The position numbers and the translations under genes were made by a program. From Meiothermus sp. (GTDB taxonomy: Bacteria; Deinococcota; Deinococci; Deinococcales; Thermaceae), in NCBI GenBank assembly GCA_033762915.1, contig JANRLD010000111.1, forward strand, positions 1 through 25,191: a DNA stretch of 25,191 nt, given 5' to 3'. Below are positions 17,099-25,191 of the stretch, piece by piece. Under the pieces are notes generated by a model. It had not been told where the DNA came from. It was given only the letters and a program-made list of their open reading frames with translations, and did not search any database. Position 1 is the first letter of the stretch, and each line of letters opens with the position of its first letter.

Positions 17099-17923
17099 AT
17101 GGAGCAGAATACCGAGTTTGGGAGTAAAGCAAGTCCTCCAGTAGTTAATTGGTCTCAACGACACGAGTTCATTCTGCATTATTACAATATGTCAATAGCT
17201 GATCTCACCCGTCATTTGGGAATTGGATGGCAGACCATTGCAACTGTTGCAGGATCTGTTGCTCTGCTTAGTTTTGGACAAAAGGGGGAACTCCCAATCC
17301 CCATCGCAGTTGCAGCTGCAATTTTTGTTGCATCATGGGGTGTGCTCAATGTGATGGACGCAAATTACTGGGCTGTCAGGGCAATTGCATTTCTCTCAAA
17401 TGTAGAAGCGATTTACTTCGCGCACAATGAGCGACGTTTTTTCAATCCATATGCAGGCGAACACCCGCCACTAAAACTCCTAAACAGTTTGAAATATCAA
17501 TTTTTCGCTGCATCTGGATTTGTCTTGATAGCGAATGTTTTTTACATCGATAGAGTTTGGAAGGCAGGAGGCAGTTCTCTAGCAGGGCTTTTAGAGAAAC
17601 GAGCTTCTGAAGATACTTGGACCTTGATGTTCTGGTCTTTGCCCGTTCTTGCAACCTTATGGCTATTCTATAATGCTGTCGGGCTTCAAAGGCGAAGAGT
17701 CTCCAATTATCACGATTTTGTATCAAAGTCACCTGGCCCAGGGATGATCCTTGAATTCAACGAGAAGGGCGAATCAATGAAGAGGGGTTCTGCCGAAGAC
17801 TTACAAGAGAAATTGCTTATTGCTTTGAGACGGGGCATGAAATTCTGGGATACTCTATTTATAACTACAAAGTTCGTGGTGGGATTTCTCCTCGTTTCGC
17901 TTATTTTTTGGATTGCCCTATAG
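17099..17923 (+). CDS. Hypothetical integral membrane protein (about 5 TM)
   Basis: AGAGGAG SD; hydrophobic segments WQTIATVAGSVALLSF, IPIAVAAAIFVASWGVL, FFAASGFVLIANVFYI, WTLMFWSLPVLATLWLFY, FVVGFLLVSLIFWIAL. Confidence 0.85.
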   Translation: MEQNTEFGSKASPPVVNWSQRHEFILHYYNMSIADLTRHLGIGWQTIATVAGSVALLSFGQKGELPIPIAVAAAIFVASWGVLNVMDANYWAVRAIAFLSNVEAIYFAHNERRFFNPYAGEHPPLKLLNSLKYQFFAASGFVLIANVFYIDRVWKAGGSSLAGLLEKRASEDTWTLMFWSLPVLATLWLFYNAVGLQRRRVSNYHDFVSKSPGPGMILEFNEKGESMKRGSAEDLQEKLLIALRRGMKFWDTLFITTKFVVGFLLVSLIFWIAL

Positions 17924-17947
17924 CTGATTTGGGTTAGTGGTTTAAGC

Positions 17948-20900
17948 TTATAGGTTGAAGTACTTCGCGCCCGGGTGATGTACCACAATCGCGCTCGTGG
18001 ATTGCTCGGGGTGGAGCTGGAACTCCTCGGACAGCTCGAGGCCGATGTCCTGCCAGCCCAGGATTTGCTGCAAGTAGCGCTGGTCCTCGAGCCTGGGACA
18101 GGCCGGATACCCAAAGCTATAACGGCTGCCCTGGTAGCCCTGTTGGAACAGCTCTTTCATCGTTGTTGCGTCGTCCTGGGCAATGCCGAGCTGCTGGCGG
18201 ACGCGCTTGTGCCAGTACTCGGCCAGCCCCTCGGCCATCTCGACCGCGAAGCCGTGCCAGTAGAGGTAGTCCTGGTACAAATCCTGCTTGAACAGTTCGG
18301 CGGCGCGTTCAGAGGCACTGCGCCCCATCGTGACCACCTGCGCGCCTAGGACATCTCGAGCGCCATTTTCCCATGCGGCCCCGGGCATCCAGTCTTGCTC
18401 ATTGCCAACCGGCTCGGCGTGGCGCGGGCGGAAGAAGTCGGAGATGCAGAGGTGGCGGTTCTGCTGCTGGCGCGGGAAGTTGAAGCGCAACAGCTCCGCG
18501 CCCGAGTCGGGCTCGAAGACGATCAGGTCGTTCTTGTCCGAGGCTACCGGCCAGTAGCCGTAGACCACGCCGGGGTTCAGCCAACCCTCGCCCATGGCCT
18601 GCAGGAGCAGGTCCTCGAACATTGGCTCGGGGAGGCGCTCGAGGTAGGCCTCGTACTCGGCCTGGTCCATGTCGCCCTTGCGGAAGCCCCACTGGCCCCG
18701 GAAGAGCGCGTTCTTGTTGACGTACCTCGAGATCACCCCCAGCTCCAGTTCGTTCGCCTGCACCACCCGCCTGCCCCAGAAGGGGGGCTGGGGAATGCGC
18801 GGGGCAGGGGAGACATTGGAGGGAATGTACTCCGAGCCCGCCTCGAGCTTCTCCATAAGAATCTCGTAGGCGGTCTTGTACTTGTGCCCGGACTGTTCGC
18901 GGCTGGTCAGCTTGGGCGGCGCGTGGCCGGCGATCTCCTCCATGAGCTGCAGGCCGTCAAAAGCATCCGAGGCGTAGTAGACCGAGCCCGAGTAGGCCTG
19001 GCGCAGGTCGTTCTCGACGTAGTGGCGGTTGAGGGCCGCGCCGCCCAGGATCACCGGCACCCGCAGGCCGCGCGCGCGCATGTGCTCGAGGTTCTCCTTC
19101 ATCACCACGGTGCTCTTGACCAGCAGCCCGCTCATCCCGATGGCCGTGGGCCGGTGCTCCTCGGCGGCGCTCAGGATGTCCTCGATGGGCTGCTTGATGC
19201 CCAGGTTGACCACCTTGTAACCGTTGTTGGAGAGGATGATGTCTACCAGATTCTTGCCGATGTCGTGCACGTCGCCCTTGACGGTGGCGATGACCATGGT
19301 GCCCTTCTGAACCCCCTCGAGCCGCTCCATCTTGGGCTCGAGGTAGCGCACCGCCGCCTTCATGGTCTCGGCGGACTGGAGCACGAAGGGAAGCTGCATC
19401 TTGCCCGCCCCGAAGAGGTCGCCCACCACCTTCATGCCCTCGAGCAAAACCTGGTTAATCACCTCCACCGGCGAGTAGGTGTGCAGGGCGGCCTCGAGGT
19501 CGGCCTCGATCCCAACCTTGCGCCCCTCGATGATGCGCTTTTGCAGCCGCTCCTCGATGCTCAGGCCCGCCAGTGGGTCGGCGGCGCCGGACTTCTCGAC
19601 CTTGTTCTTGGCGAAGTAGTCCACGAAGGCGAACAGCGGGTCGTAGGCGGTGGAGCCGTCGGGGTTGAACTCGCGGCGGTCGTAGATCAGGTCCAGCGCC
19701 AGCTTGTACTGCTCCTGGGGAATCTGGTTAATCGGGACGATCTTGCCCGCGTTTAGGATGGCCGCGGTCAGACCGGCCTTGATGCACTCGTCGAGGAAGA
19801 CCGAGTTGAGCACCACTCGAGCCGCCGCCCCGATCCCAAAACTCACGTTCGATACGCCCAGAATGAAACCCACCTCGGGCAGCCTGGCCTGCACCTGGCG
19901 GATCCCCTCAATCGTCCACAGCGCCAGCTTGCGGGTGTCCTCGTCGCCCTGGGTGATGGGGAAGGTCAGCAGATCGAAGAGGATCGAGTCGCCGGAAATC
20001 CCATGGAGCTGGGTCAGCCGCTCGTACATCCGCAGCGCGATCTCGACCTTGCGCTCCACCGTCTTTGCCATCGACGCTTCCTTGTCCTCGTCGATGGTCA
20101 GGGCCACCAGCGCCGCGCCGTGCTCCTTGGCCAGACCGGCCACCTTGTCAAACTTTCCCAGGCCGTCCTCGAGGTTCACTGAGTTCAGGATGGCCCGGCC
20201 CCCCAGGTGCTCGAGGGCCTCTTGCATCACGTCGGTCTGCGTCGAGTCGACCATGATCGGGATCTGCACCGAGGTGGCAAAGCGCCGCATCACCTGCCGC
20301 ATGTCGGCCCGCTCGTCGCGTCCCGTCCAGGCCACCGACACATCCAGCACATGCGCCCCCTCGGCCACCTGCTCCGCCGCCAGCGCGTCCATGCCGTCCA
20401 AGTCCCCCGCGAACAGCAGCTCCCGAAACTTCTTCGAGCCCGTGGCGTTGGTCCGTTCCCCCACGATCAGGATGCCGGTATCTTGCTTAAGCGGGGTGGA
20501 CTGGTAGAGGCTGGCAACCTGGGAAGAGGGGAGAGGGAAGAGCGAAGAGCGAAGGCCAGTATGCGCTGGGCTCTGACGCTCCTCTTTCCCTGCGGCCTTC
20601 TCCCTCGGCTGCATCGCCGCAGCCAACTCCCGGATATGCTCCGGGCCTGTCCCGCAGCACCCGCCCACCACGTTCAGGCCGTACTCGGTGACGAATTTGG
20701 TCTGCCAGCGGGCCAGCTCGGCGGGAGTCAGGTCGAACACGGCCCGGCCACCCTCGTTGCGGGGCAGGCCAGCGTTGGGGAGGCAGGCGGTGAAGCGGGT
20801 GGTGTTCTGGCAGAAGTGGCGGATATGCGAGTCCATCAGGTCCGGGCCGGTGGCGCAGTTTAGGCCGATCACGTCCACCGGGAGCGACTCGAGCACCGTC

Positions 20901-21637
20901 AGCGCCGCACCGTCGTCCGTCCCCACCAGCATGGTTCCCGTAGCCTCGAAGGTCACCTGGACCTGCAGCGGGACCTCGCGCCCCAGGTCGGCCATGGCGG
21001 CCCTTCCGGCCAGCACCGCGCACCGCACCTGCAAGATGTCCTGGCAGGTCTCGATGATCAGCAGGTCAACCCCGCCCCGGATCAGGCCTCGAGCCGCCAC
21101 CCTGTAGCTCTCGAACAGCTCGCCCCACCCGATCTGTCCCAGCGAAATCAGCTTCGTCCCTGGCCCCAGCGAGCCCGCGACAAAGCGCTGTTTGGCCTTA
21201 TCAACAGGCCCCTGGGCGGGGGATTGCCCCTCCTCCGCTACCCCTACGGCGATCCTCGCCGCCTCATACGCCAAGTCCTCCGCCGCCCACTCGAGGTTGT
21301 ACTCGCTCAGCACATGCGGGAAGCAGCCGAAGGTGTTGGTCTCCACCACGTCTGCGCCCGCCTCGAAGTAGGCCCGGTGGATGCTGGCGATCACGTCCGG
21401 GCGGGTGCGGTTGAGCATCTCGGGGCAGCCGTTGTACTGCGGCCCGCCCCAGTCCTCGTCGCTCAGGTCGTACTTGAAGATCTCGGTGCCCATCGCGCCG
21501 TCGTAGATCAGCACGCGCTCGGACACGGCTTGCAGGTATGGGAAGGCCCGCACCCTGGCCTCGCGCTGGTAGCCGGTGTGGGTCAGAACGTCAATGCCTT
21601 GTTCGGTGAAAAAGTCTCGAGAAACCGGGTAACTCAC
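17948..21637 (-). CDS. metH: B12-dependent methionine synthase
   Basis: DGAMGT, GLNCATGP, GGCCGT, VGERTNATGS, GDVHDIGKN, RYSFGYPACP. Start GTG 21637 preferred (7 nt after TACAAT); ATG 21646 is the alternative. Confidence 0.97.
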   Translation of the reverse strand: MSYPVSRDFFTEQGIDVLTHTGYQREARVRAFPYLQAVSERVLIYDGAMGTEIFKYDLSDEDWGGPQYNGCPEMLNRTRPDVIASIHRAYFEAGADVVETNTFGCFPHVLSEYNLEWAAEDLAYEAARIAVGVAEEGQSPAQGPVDKAKQRFVAGSLGPGTKLISLGQIGWGELFESYRVAARGLIRGGVDLLIIETCQDILQVRCAVLAGRAAMADLGREVPLQVQVTFEATGTMLVGTDDGAALTVLESLPVDVIGLNCATGPDLMDSHIRHFCQNTTRFTACLPNAGLPRNEGGRAVFDLTPAELARWQTKFVTEYGLNVVGGCCGTGPEHIRELAAAMQPREKAAGKEERQSPAHTGLRSSLFPLPSSQVASLYQSTPLKQDTGILIVGERTNATGSKKFRELLFAGDLDGMDALAAEQVAEGAHVLDVSVAWTGRDERADMRQVMRRFATSVQIPIMVDSTQTDVMQEALEHLGGRAILNSVNLEDGLGKFDKVAGLAKEHGAALVALTIDEDKEASMAKTVERKVEIALRMYERLTQLHGISGDSILFDLLTFPITQGDEDTRKLALWTIEGIRQVQARLPEVGFILGVSNVSFGIGAAARVVLNSVFLDECIKAGLTAAILNAGKIVPINQIPQEQYKLALDLIYDRREFNPDGSTAYDPLFAFVDYFAKNKVEKSGAADPLAGLSIEERLQKRIIEGRKVGIEADLEAALHTYSPVEVINQVLLEGMKVVGDLFGAGKMQLPFVLQSAETMKAAVRYLEPKMERLEGVQKGTMVIATVKGDVHDIGKNLVDIILSNNGYKVVNLGIKQPIEDILSAAEEHRPTAIGMSGLLVKSTVVMKENLEHMRARGLRVPVILGGAALNRHYVENDLRQAYSGSVYYASDAFDGLQLMEEIAGHAPPKLTSREQSGHKYKTAYEILMEKLEAGSEYIPSNVSPAPRIPQPPFWGRRVVQANELELGVISRYVNKNALFRGQWGFRKGDMDQAEYEAYLERLPEPMFEDLLLQAMGEGWLNPGVVYGYWPVASDKNDLIVFEPDSGAELLRFNFPRQQQNRHLCISDFFRPRHAEPVGNEQDWMPGAAWENGARDVLGAQVVTMGRSASERAAELFKQDLYQDYLYWHGFAVEMAEGLAEYWHKRVRQQLGIAQDDATTMKELFQQGYQGSRYSFGYPACPRLEDQRYLQQILGWQDIGLELSEEFQLHPEQSTSAIVVHHPGAKYFNL
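20521..20606. repeat. Heptamer repeat with inverted counter-arm inside a metH linker
   Basis: GGGAAGA GGGGAGA GGGAAGA GCGAAGA GCGAAGG followed by pyrimidine-rich CTCCTCTTTCCC...CCTTCTCCCTC. Confidence 0.7.
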
Positions 21638-21644
21638 GCCCGAC

Positions 21645-21650
21645 ATTGTA
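21645..21650 (-). promoter_or_regulatory. -10 box for a probable leaderless metH transcript
   Basis: TACAAT 7 nt upstream of in-frame GTG; no SD. Confidence 0.6.
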
Positions 21651-21682
21651 TGCCCAAAGGAAGGGCGGCAAACCGGCCTGAC

Positions 21683-22267
21683 TCACTCGAGGGGGGGCTG
21701 GATGTGGGTGTGGTTGTACTGCTTCTGCGCCGCGTCCAGGCCCTGCAAGACCCATGCCCGCACCGCGTCCGCCGCCGTCTCGATCACCCTGTCCATCACC
21801 GGCACCAGCTCTGGCCGGAAGCCCGAGAGCACCCAGCCCGCCCCCTCCTCGGGGCTGGGCGGCTTGCCGATGCCGACGCGCAGGCGGTGGAAGTCGCGGT
21901 TCCCCAGGTGCTGCTCGATCGAGTTCAGCCCGTAGTTGCCGGCGTTGGAGCCCCCCGCCTTGAAGCGCAGCCGCCCGGCGGGCAGGTCCAACTCGTCATG
22001 GATGACCAGGATGCGCTCTGAGGGAATCTTATAAAACCGCACCAGCGGGCCAACGGCCTCGCCCGTACGGTTGTAAAAGGTCGACGGCTTCATCAGCCAG
22101 CCCGCCAGCTGTTCGCCGTCGGGCTTTTTTAGCGAGAACGGGGCGACAAACGAGTTCCCCTTCTGCCTAAAGTCCGAAGACAGCCTGTCCAGCACCCACC
22201 ACCCCACGTTGTGCTTGGTGCGGGCGTACTCGAGGCCGGGGTTTCCCTGACCGACGATGAGGAACAT
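21683..22267 (-). CDS. pth: Peptidyl-tRNA hydrolase
   Basis: LIVGQGNPG, TKHNVG, KPSTFYN, HDELD, RLRVGIG; adjacent to rplY. Confidence 0.95.
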   Translation of the reverse strand: MFLIVGQGNPGLEYARTKHNVGWWVLDRLSSDFRQKGNSFVAPFSLKKPDGEQLAGWLMKPSTFYNRTGEAVGPLVRFYKIPSERILVIHDELDLPAGRLRFKAGGSNAGNYGLNSIEQHLGNRDFHRLRVGIGKPPSPEEGAGWVLSGFRPELVPVMDRVIETAADAVRAWVLQGLDAAQKQYNHTHIQPPLE

Positions 22268-22279
22268 AGTTCAGCTTCC

Positions 22280-22351
22280 AGGGTCGAGAGTCCAGAGCTA
22301 AGTCAAAGGGCCAAGGTGTCGGCCCTCGACCCTTGACCCTCGAACCTCGAC
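22280..22351. repeat. Inverted pair of degenerate heptamer arrays between rplY and pth
   Basis: AGGGTCG AGAGTCC AGAGCTA ... AGGGCCA versus GGCCCTC GACCCTT GACCCTC GAACCTC. Confidence 0.75.
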
Positions 22352-22359
22352 AGTTTTGC

Positions 22360-22980
22360 TTACTTCTTCTCTTCCTCGGTCTTGCCCTTCTTGATGACCT
22401 CGACCTCAGTGGGGGCCGCGGCGGCAGAGGCCAGCTTCTCGGCGTCCTCGGGCGGCACGATGGCCACCACCACGTCCTTGGCGTTCATGGCCAGCTTGAC
22501 GCCTTCGGGCAGGGTCAGTTCGTCCATGTGGATGCTGTCGCCGATCCGCAGGCCCGACACATCGACCTGGATGAACTCGGGCATGGCCTTGGGGTTGACC
22601 TTGAGCTGCACGTCGTTGTTGACCAGTTGCAGCACCCCGCCCTCGCGCACGCCCTGGGCGGTGCCGACCAGCTTGAAGGGGATGTACATGGTGATGGGCT
22701 CGTCGGTGACGGCGTAGAAGTCCACGTGCTCGGGGCGGCGCTTGCGCTTGTCGAGGTTGATCTGGCGCACCAGGGTGTCCACCGTCTTGCCGCCCTCCAT
22801 CTCGAGGGTGATGATGTGGTGGATCGAGGCGGCCAGGTACACCTTATTGAACTCCTTGAGGTCCACCACCACCTTGGTGTTTTCGCTCTTGTTGTAGACC
22901 ACGCCGGGCAGCTTGCCCGCGTCGCGCAGGGCCCCGACCTTCTCGCTCCCGCGCACTTCGGCTTTGACTCGGTATTCCAT
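22360..22980 (-). CDS. rplY: 50S ribosomal protein L25/Ctc (TL5 type)
   Basis: LRDAGKLPGVVY, HVDFY, GVREGG, MPEFIQVDVSGLRIGDSIH, EVEVIKKGK. Confidence 0.96.
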   Translation of the reverse strand: MEYRVKAEVRGSEKVGALRDAGKLPGVVYNKSENTKVVVDLKEFNKVYLAASIHHIITLEMEGGKTVDTLVRQINLDKRKRRPEHVDFYAVTDEPITMYIPFKLVGTAQGVREGGVLQLVNNDVQLKVNPKAMPEFIQVDVSGLRIGDSIHMDELTLPEGVKLAMNAKDVVVAIVPPEDAEKLASAAAAPTEVEVIKKGKTEEEKK

Positions 22981-23068
22981 GACTCACCCTTCCTATGCGG
23001 GGTTTTTCCCCTTTGTGAGCCGCTTTCTGGCCGTTTAGGGCTCCGGGCGGCAAAACACAAGCCTTACG

Positions 23069-23077
23069 AGTGTACCA
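23069..23077 (-). promoter_or_regulatory. Extended -10 promoter of rplY-pth
   Basis: TG-G-TACACT on the minus strand about 90 nt upstream of the rplY ATG. Confidence 0.6.
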
Positions 23078-23284
23078 CAACCCGGCAAAAACCGCCTAGT
23101 GCTGCGTCTGCCGGCGTTTTTGGGCAGCGCTCCGCCCTGGAGCCCTGTCGTTGGCGTGCTGGACGCACCTGGCTCGATAGGCCATCATCGGCTGTCGCGC
23201 TCTAGCCGGCTGGCGACCTGCCAGCTGCGGTCGTTACATCTCACCGACTTACGCCGGTTTCACCGTACAATGCGAAAACCACTT

Positions 23285-24559
23285 ATGAGATTCAAGCGGC
23301 TGCTCCCCGTGCTGGTGCTGCTGACCTCGAGCCTTTCGCTGGCCAGCCCGGCCCAAGACCTGTTCAACGAGGTTATCCAGATCCTCTCCAACAACTATGG
23401 TGGTTTCTCGGCGGCCAGGCCCGCTCAGCTGCGCGACCAGTACCAGCCGCAGCTCGCCCAGGCCTGCGGCGCAGACGCCAACTGTCCCCGCGAGACCGCC
23501 GTCCCGGTGATCCGCGCCCTGATCTCCGGGCTTAACGACCGCCACACCCGCTACATGACCCCCGCCGAGTACAACGACTTCCAGGCCCGTATGCGCGGCA
23601 CCACCTCCGAGCGCCCGCAGTTGGGGGTGATTCTCCAGACTGTGGACGGCCTCGACGGGCTGCTGATCGCCGAGGTCAGTTCTGGAAGCCCCGCCGAGGA
23701 GGCCGGGCTGCGCCGGGGCGACCGCATCCTGCTGATTGACGGCGACAGCCTGCCCGCCAACCCCGACGACCGGGTGCCCTTCCTGCGCGAGCGGATCGGC
23801 CAGGGCAGGCCCCTGACCCTGTCCGTGCAGCGGGTGCAGGAGCGCCTCGAGCTGCGGGTGTTGCCCCGCCAGATATCGCTGCAACAGCTCCCCAGCGTCA
23901 GCCTCCGCCCCGACGGGGTGGCGCTGCTGCGCATTCCCAGCTTCACCGGCTACCGCCAGGTGGGGCCGAGGGTGCACGAGCTGGTGCTCCAGGCCCAGCA
24001 GAGCGGGGCTAAGGCCATTGTCGTAGACCTGCGCAACAACGGCGGCGGTCTGCTGAGTGAGTGCCTGGTGGGGGCTGGGGCCTTCGTGGACGAGGTCTAC
24101 CGCCGCCTGCGCCAGCCGGGCCAGTCCAGCGATCAGCTCTTCCGCTCCGGCACCTACTACACCGGCTTCGGCTCCTCTCTCAACGAGATCTTCACCCTCC
24201 CCTCCGCCGCCCGCTGGCGCGGCCCCACCATCGTGCTGGTCAACGACCGCACCGCCTCCTGCGCCGAGTACTTCGCCTTCGACCTTCAGGAGGGCGGCAA
24301 GTTCAAGGTGATCGGCTCTCCCACCGCCGGGGTGGGCAACACCGCCACCATCATCCTACGGCTGCGCGACGGCTCGGGCCTCCAAGTCACCACCAGCCAG
24401 GCCCAGCGCCGCGACGGCACCCCCTACCCCGACCAGGTTACGCCCGACATCGCCCTGGCCGACGACTGGCGGGCCCTGGCCGAGGGGCGCGATGTGATGC
24501 TGGATCGGGCGGTGGAGCTGGTGCTGAACAGCGCCGAACAGGGCGCGGCGGGGCGGTAA
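23285..24559 (+). CDS. S41 family (C-terminal processing) peptidase with PDZ domain
   Basis: Signal peptide MRFKRLLPVLVLLTSSLSLA; LNDRHT, SPAEEAGLRRGD, VDLRNNGGG, TASCAE; TACAAT at 23266-23271 upstream. Confidence 0.9.
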   Translation: MRFKRLLPVLVLLTSSLSLASPAQDLFNEVIQILSNNYGGFSAARPAQLRDQYQPQLAQACGADANCPRETAVPVIRALISGLNDRHTRYMTPAEYNDFQARMRGTTSERPQLGVILQTVDGLDGLLIAEVSSGSPAEEAGLRRGDRILLIDGDSLPANPDDRVPFLRERIGQGRPLTLSVQRVQERLELRVLPRQISLQQLPSVSLRPDGVALLRIPSFTGYRQVGPRVHELVLQAQQSGAKAIVVDLRNNGGGLLSECLVGAGAFVDEVYRRLRQPGQSSDQLFRSGTYYTGFGSSLNEIFTLPSAARWRGPTIVLVNDRTASCAEYFAFDLQEGGKFKVIGSPTAGVGNTATIILRLRDGSGLQVTTSQAQRRDGTPYPDQVTPDIALADDWRALAEGRDVMLDRAVELVLNSAEQGAAGR

Positions 24560-24560
24560 C

Positions 24561-25191
24561 TCAGCGGGGCTGGTAGACCAGCCGGTAGCTGGCGGGTGCC
24601 CGCCTCGAGGCAGTGGTCTCGATCTCGGTGATGGCCCCGTTCTCCACGGCCTTGACGGTGCTGATGCGGAAGTTCCAGCCCGGCTCGAAGTCTGCGTTAA
24701 ACATTACCTTGATCTTGGGGCTGGCGCAGTCAAACTGCCCCGAGAGCCGGGTTTTGCGGTCCGCATACACCCACTCGTCTACTAGCTGGTCGCCGACCTT
24801 TATTGCGGACGGGTTGAGGGCGTTTTGGCTGAACCAGAGCTGGACGAAGCCGTTGGCCATCCCTCCGGGGTCGGTGCTGACATCGAGGAAGGCCGGGATG
24901 ACCCGCAAGACTGTGGTTTTCCAGTCAGCGGGGCTGGCCGTCACCGACCCCAAACACCCCGGCCCCGAGCCGAAGGTTGGGGTCGTACCCCCCGCACCCA
25001 GGCTGACCGTGCTGAGGTCGTAGGTCAGAACCCCGTCCGCGCTCACCCGACCCTGGGCGAACTCGCTTCCCCGGACAGAGTTGCTGGCGAACAGCACCAC
25101 CCCGATCCGCCCGGTGGGCCAGTTCTGGATGGTCACACTGCCCTTATCGGCGGGGACGCCCGAGGCCTCGGGGGCCGGGGCGGGCGGGGCG
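24561..25191 (-). CDS. Hypothetical protein (probably exported or lipoprotein), 5' end outside the window
   Basis: Frame stays open to the window edge (APPAPAPEASGVPADKGSVTIQNWP...); WVYADR and PGWN segments; convergent with the S41 gene. Confidence 0.65.
   Translation of the reverse strand, partial: APPAPAPEASGVPADKGSVTIQNWPTGRIGVVLFASNSVRGSEFAQGRVSADGVLTYDLSTVSLGAGGTTPTFGSGPGCLGSVTASPADWKTTVLRVIPAFLDVSTDPGGMANGFVQLWFSQNALNPSAIKVGDQLVDEWVYADRKTRLSGQFDCASPKIKVMFNADFEPGWNFRISTVKAVENGAITEIETTASRRAPASYRLVYQPR

Larger units (their letters stand above)
15400..17945. other. AT-rich, probably horizontally acquired islet with three genes
   Basis: Sampled lines are 37-45% GC against GC-rich flanks; no CTCGAG seen between ~15570 and ~18030; no integrase or tRNA visible. 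Confidence 0.85.

Noticed and set aside
23099..23284. 62-codon N-terminal extension of the S41 peptidase
   Set aside because: The signal peptide begins at ATG 23285 and a TACAAT -10 box lies inside the extension.

Overview
GC-rich window that looks like Deinococcota (Meiothermus/Calidithermus-like). This is inferred from gene style, strong CTCGAG over-representation, heptamer repeats and a probable leaderless start. Left part (minus strand, 508-15351): a peptide/lactam catabolic cluster with an XRE-cupin regulator, a cupin, an Opp/Dpp ABC transporter, an M24 peptidase, an MBL hydrolase, one hydantoinase/oxoprolinase A subunit and two tandem B subunits, followed by a DUF1801 gene that runs off the window edge. 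A small lower-GC ORF resembling EF-Tu domain II and a degenerate REP doublet sit between the transporter's binding-protein and permease genes. Right part: housekeeping genes (metH, pth, rplY, S41 peptidase, partial hypothetical). Between them is a ~2.5 kb AT-rich island (~15400-17945) with three genes: a DUF6610-like, TGT/DpdA-like transglycosylase-fold protein, a coupled CxxxCxxCC (YkgJ/FliB/DpdM-like) protein, and a divergent multi-TM membrane protein. This island is the best candidate for an undescribed system, possibly base-modification (7-deazaguanine)-linked anti-phage defence. Family calls come from motif recognition, not database searches.
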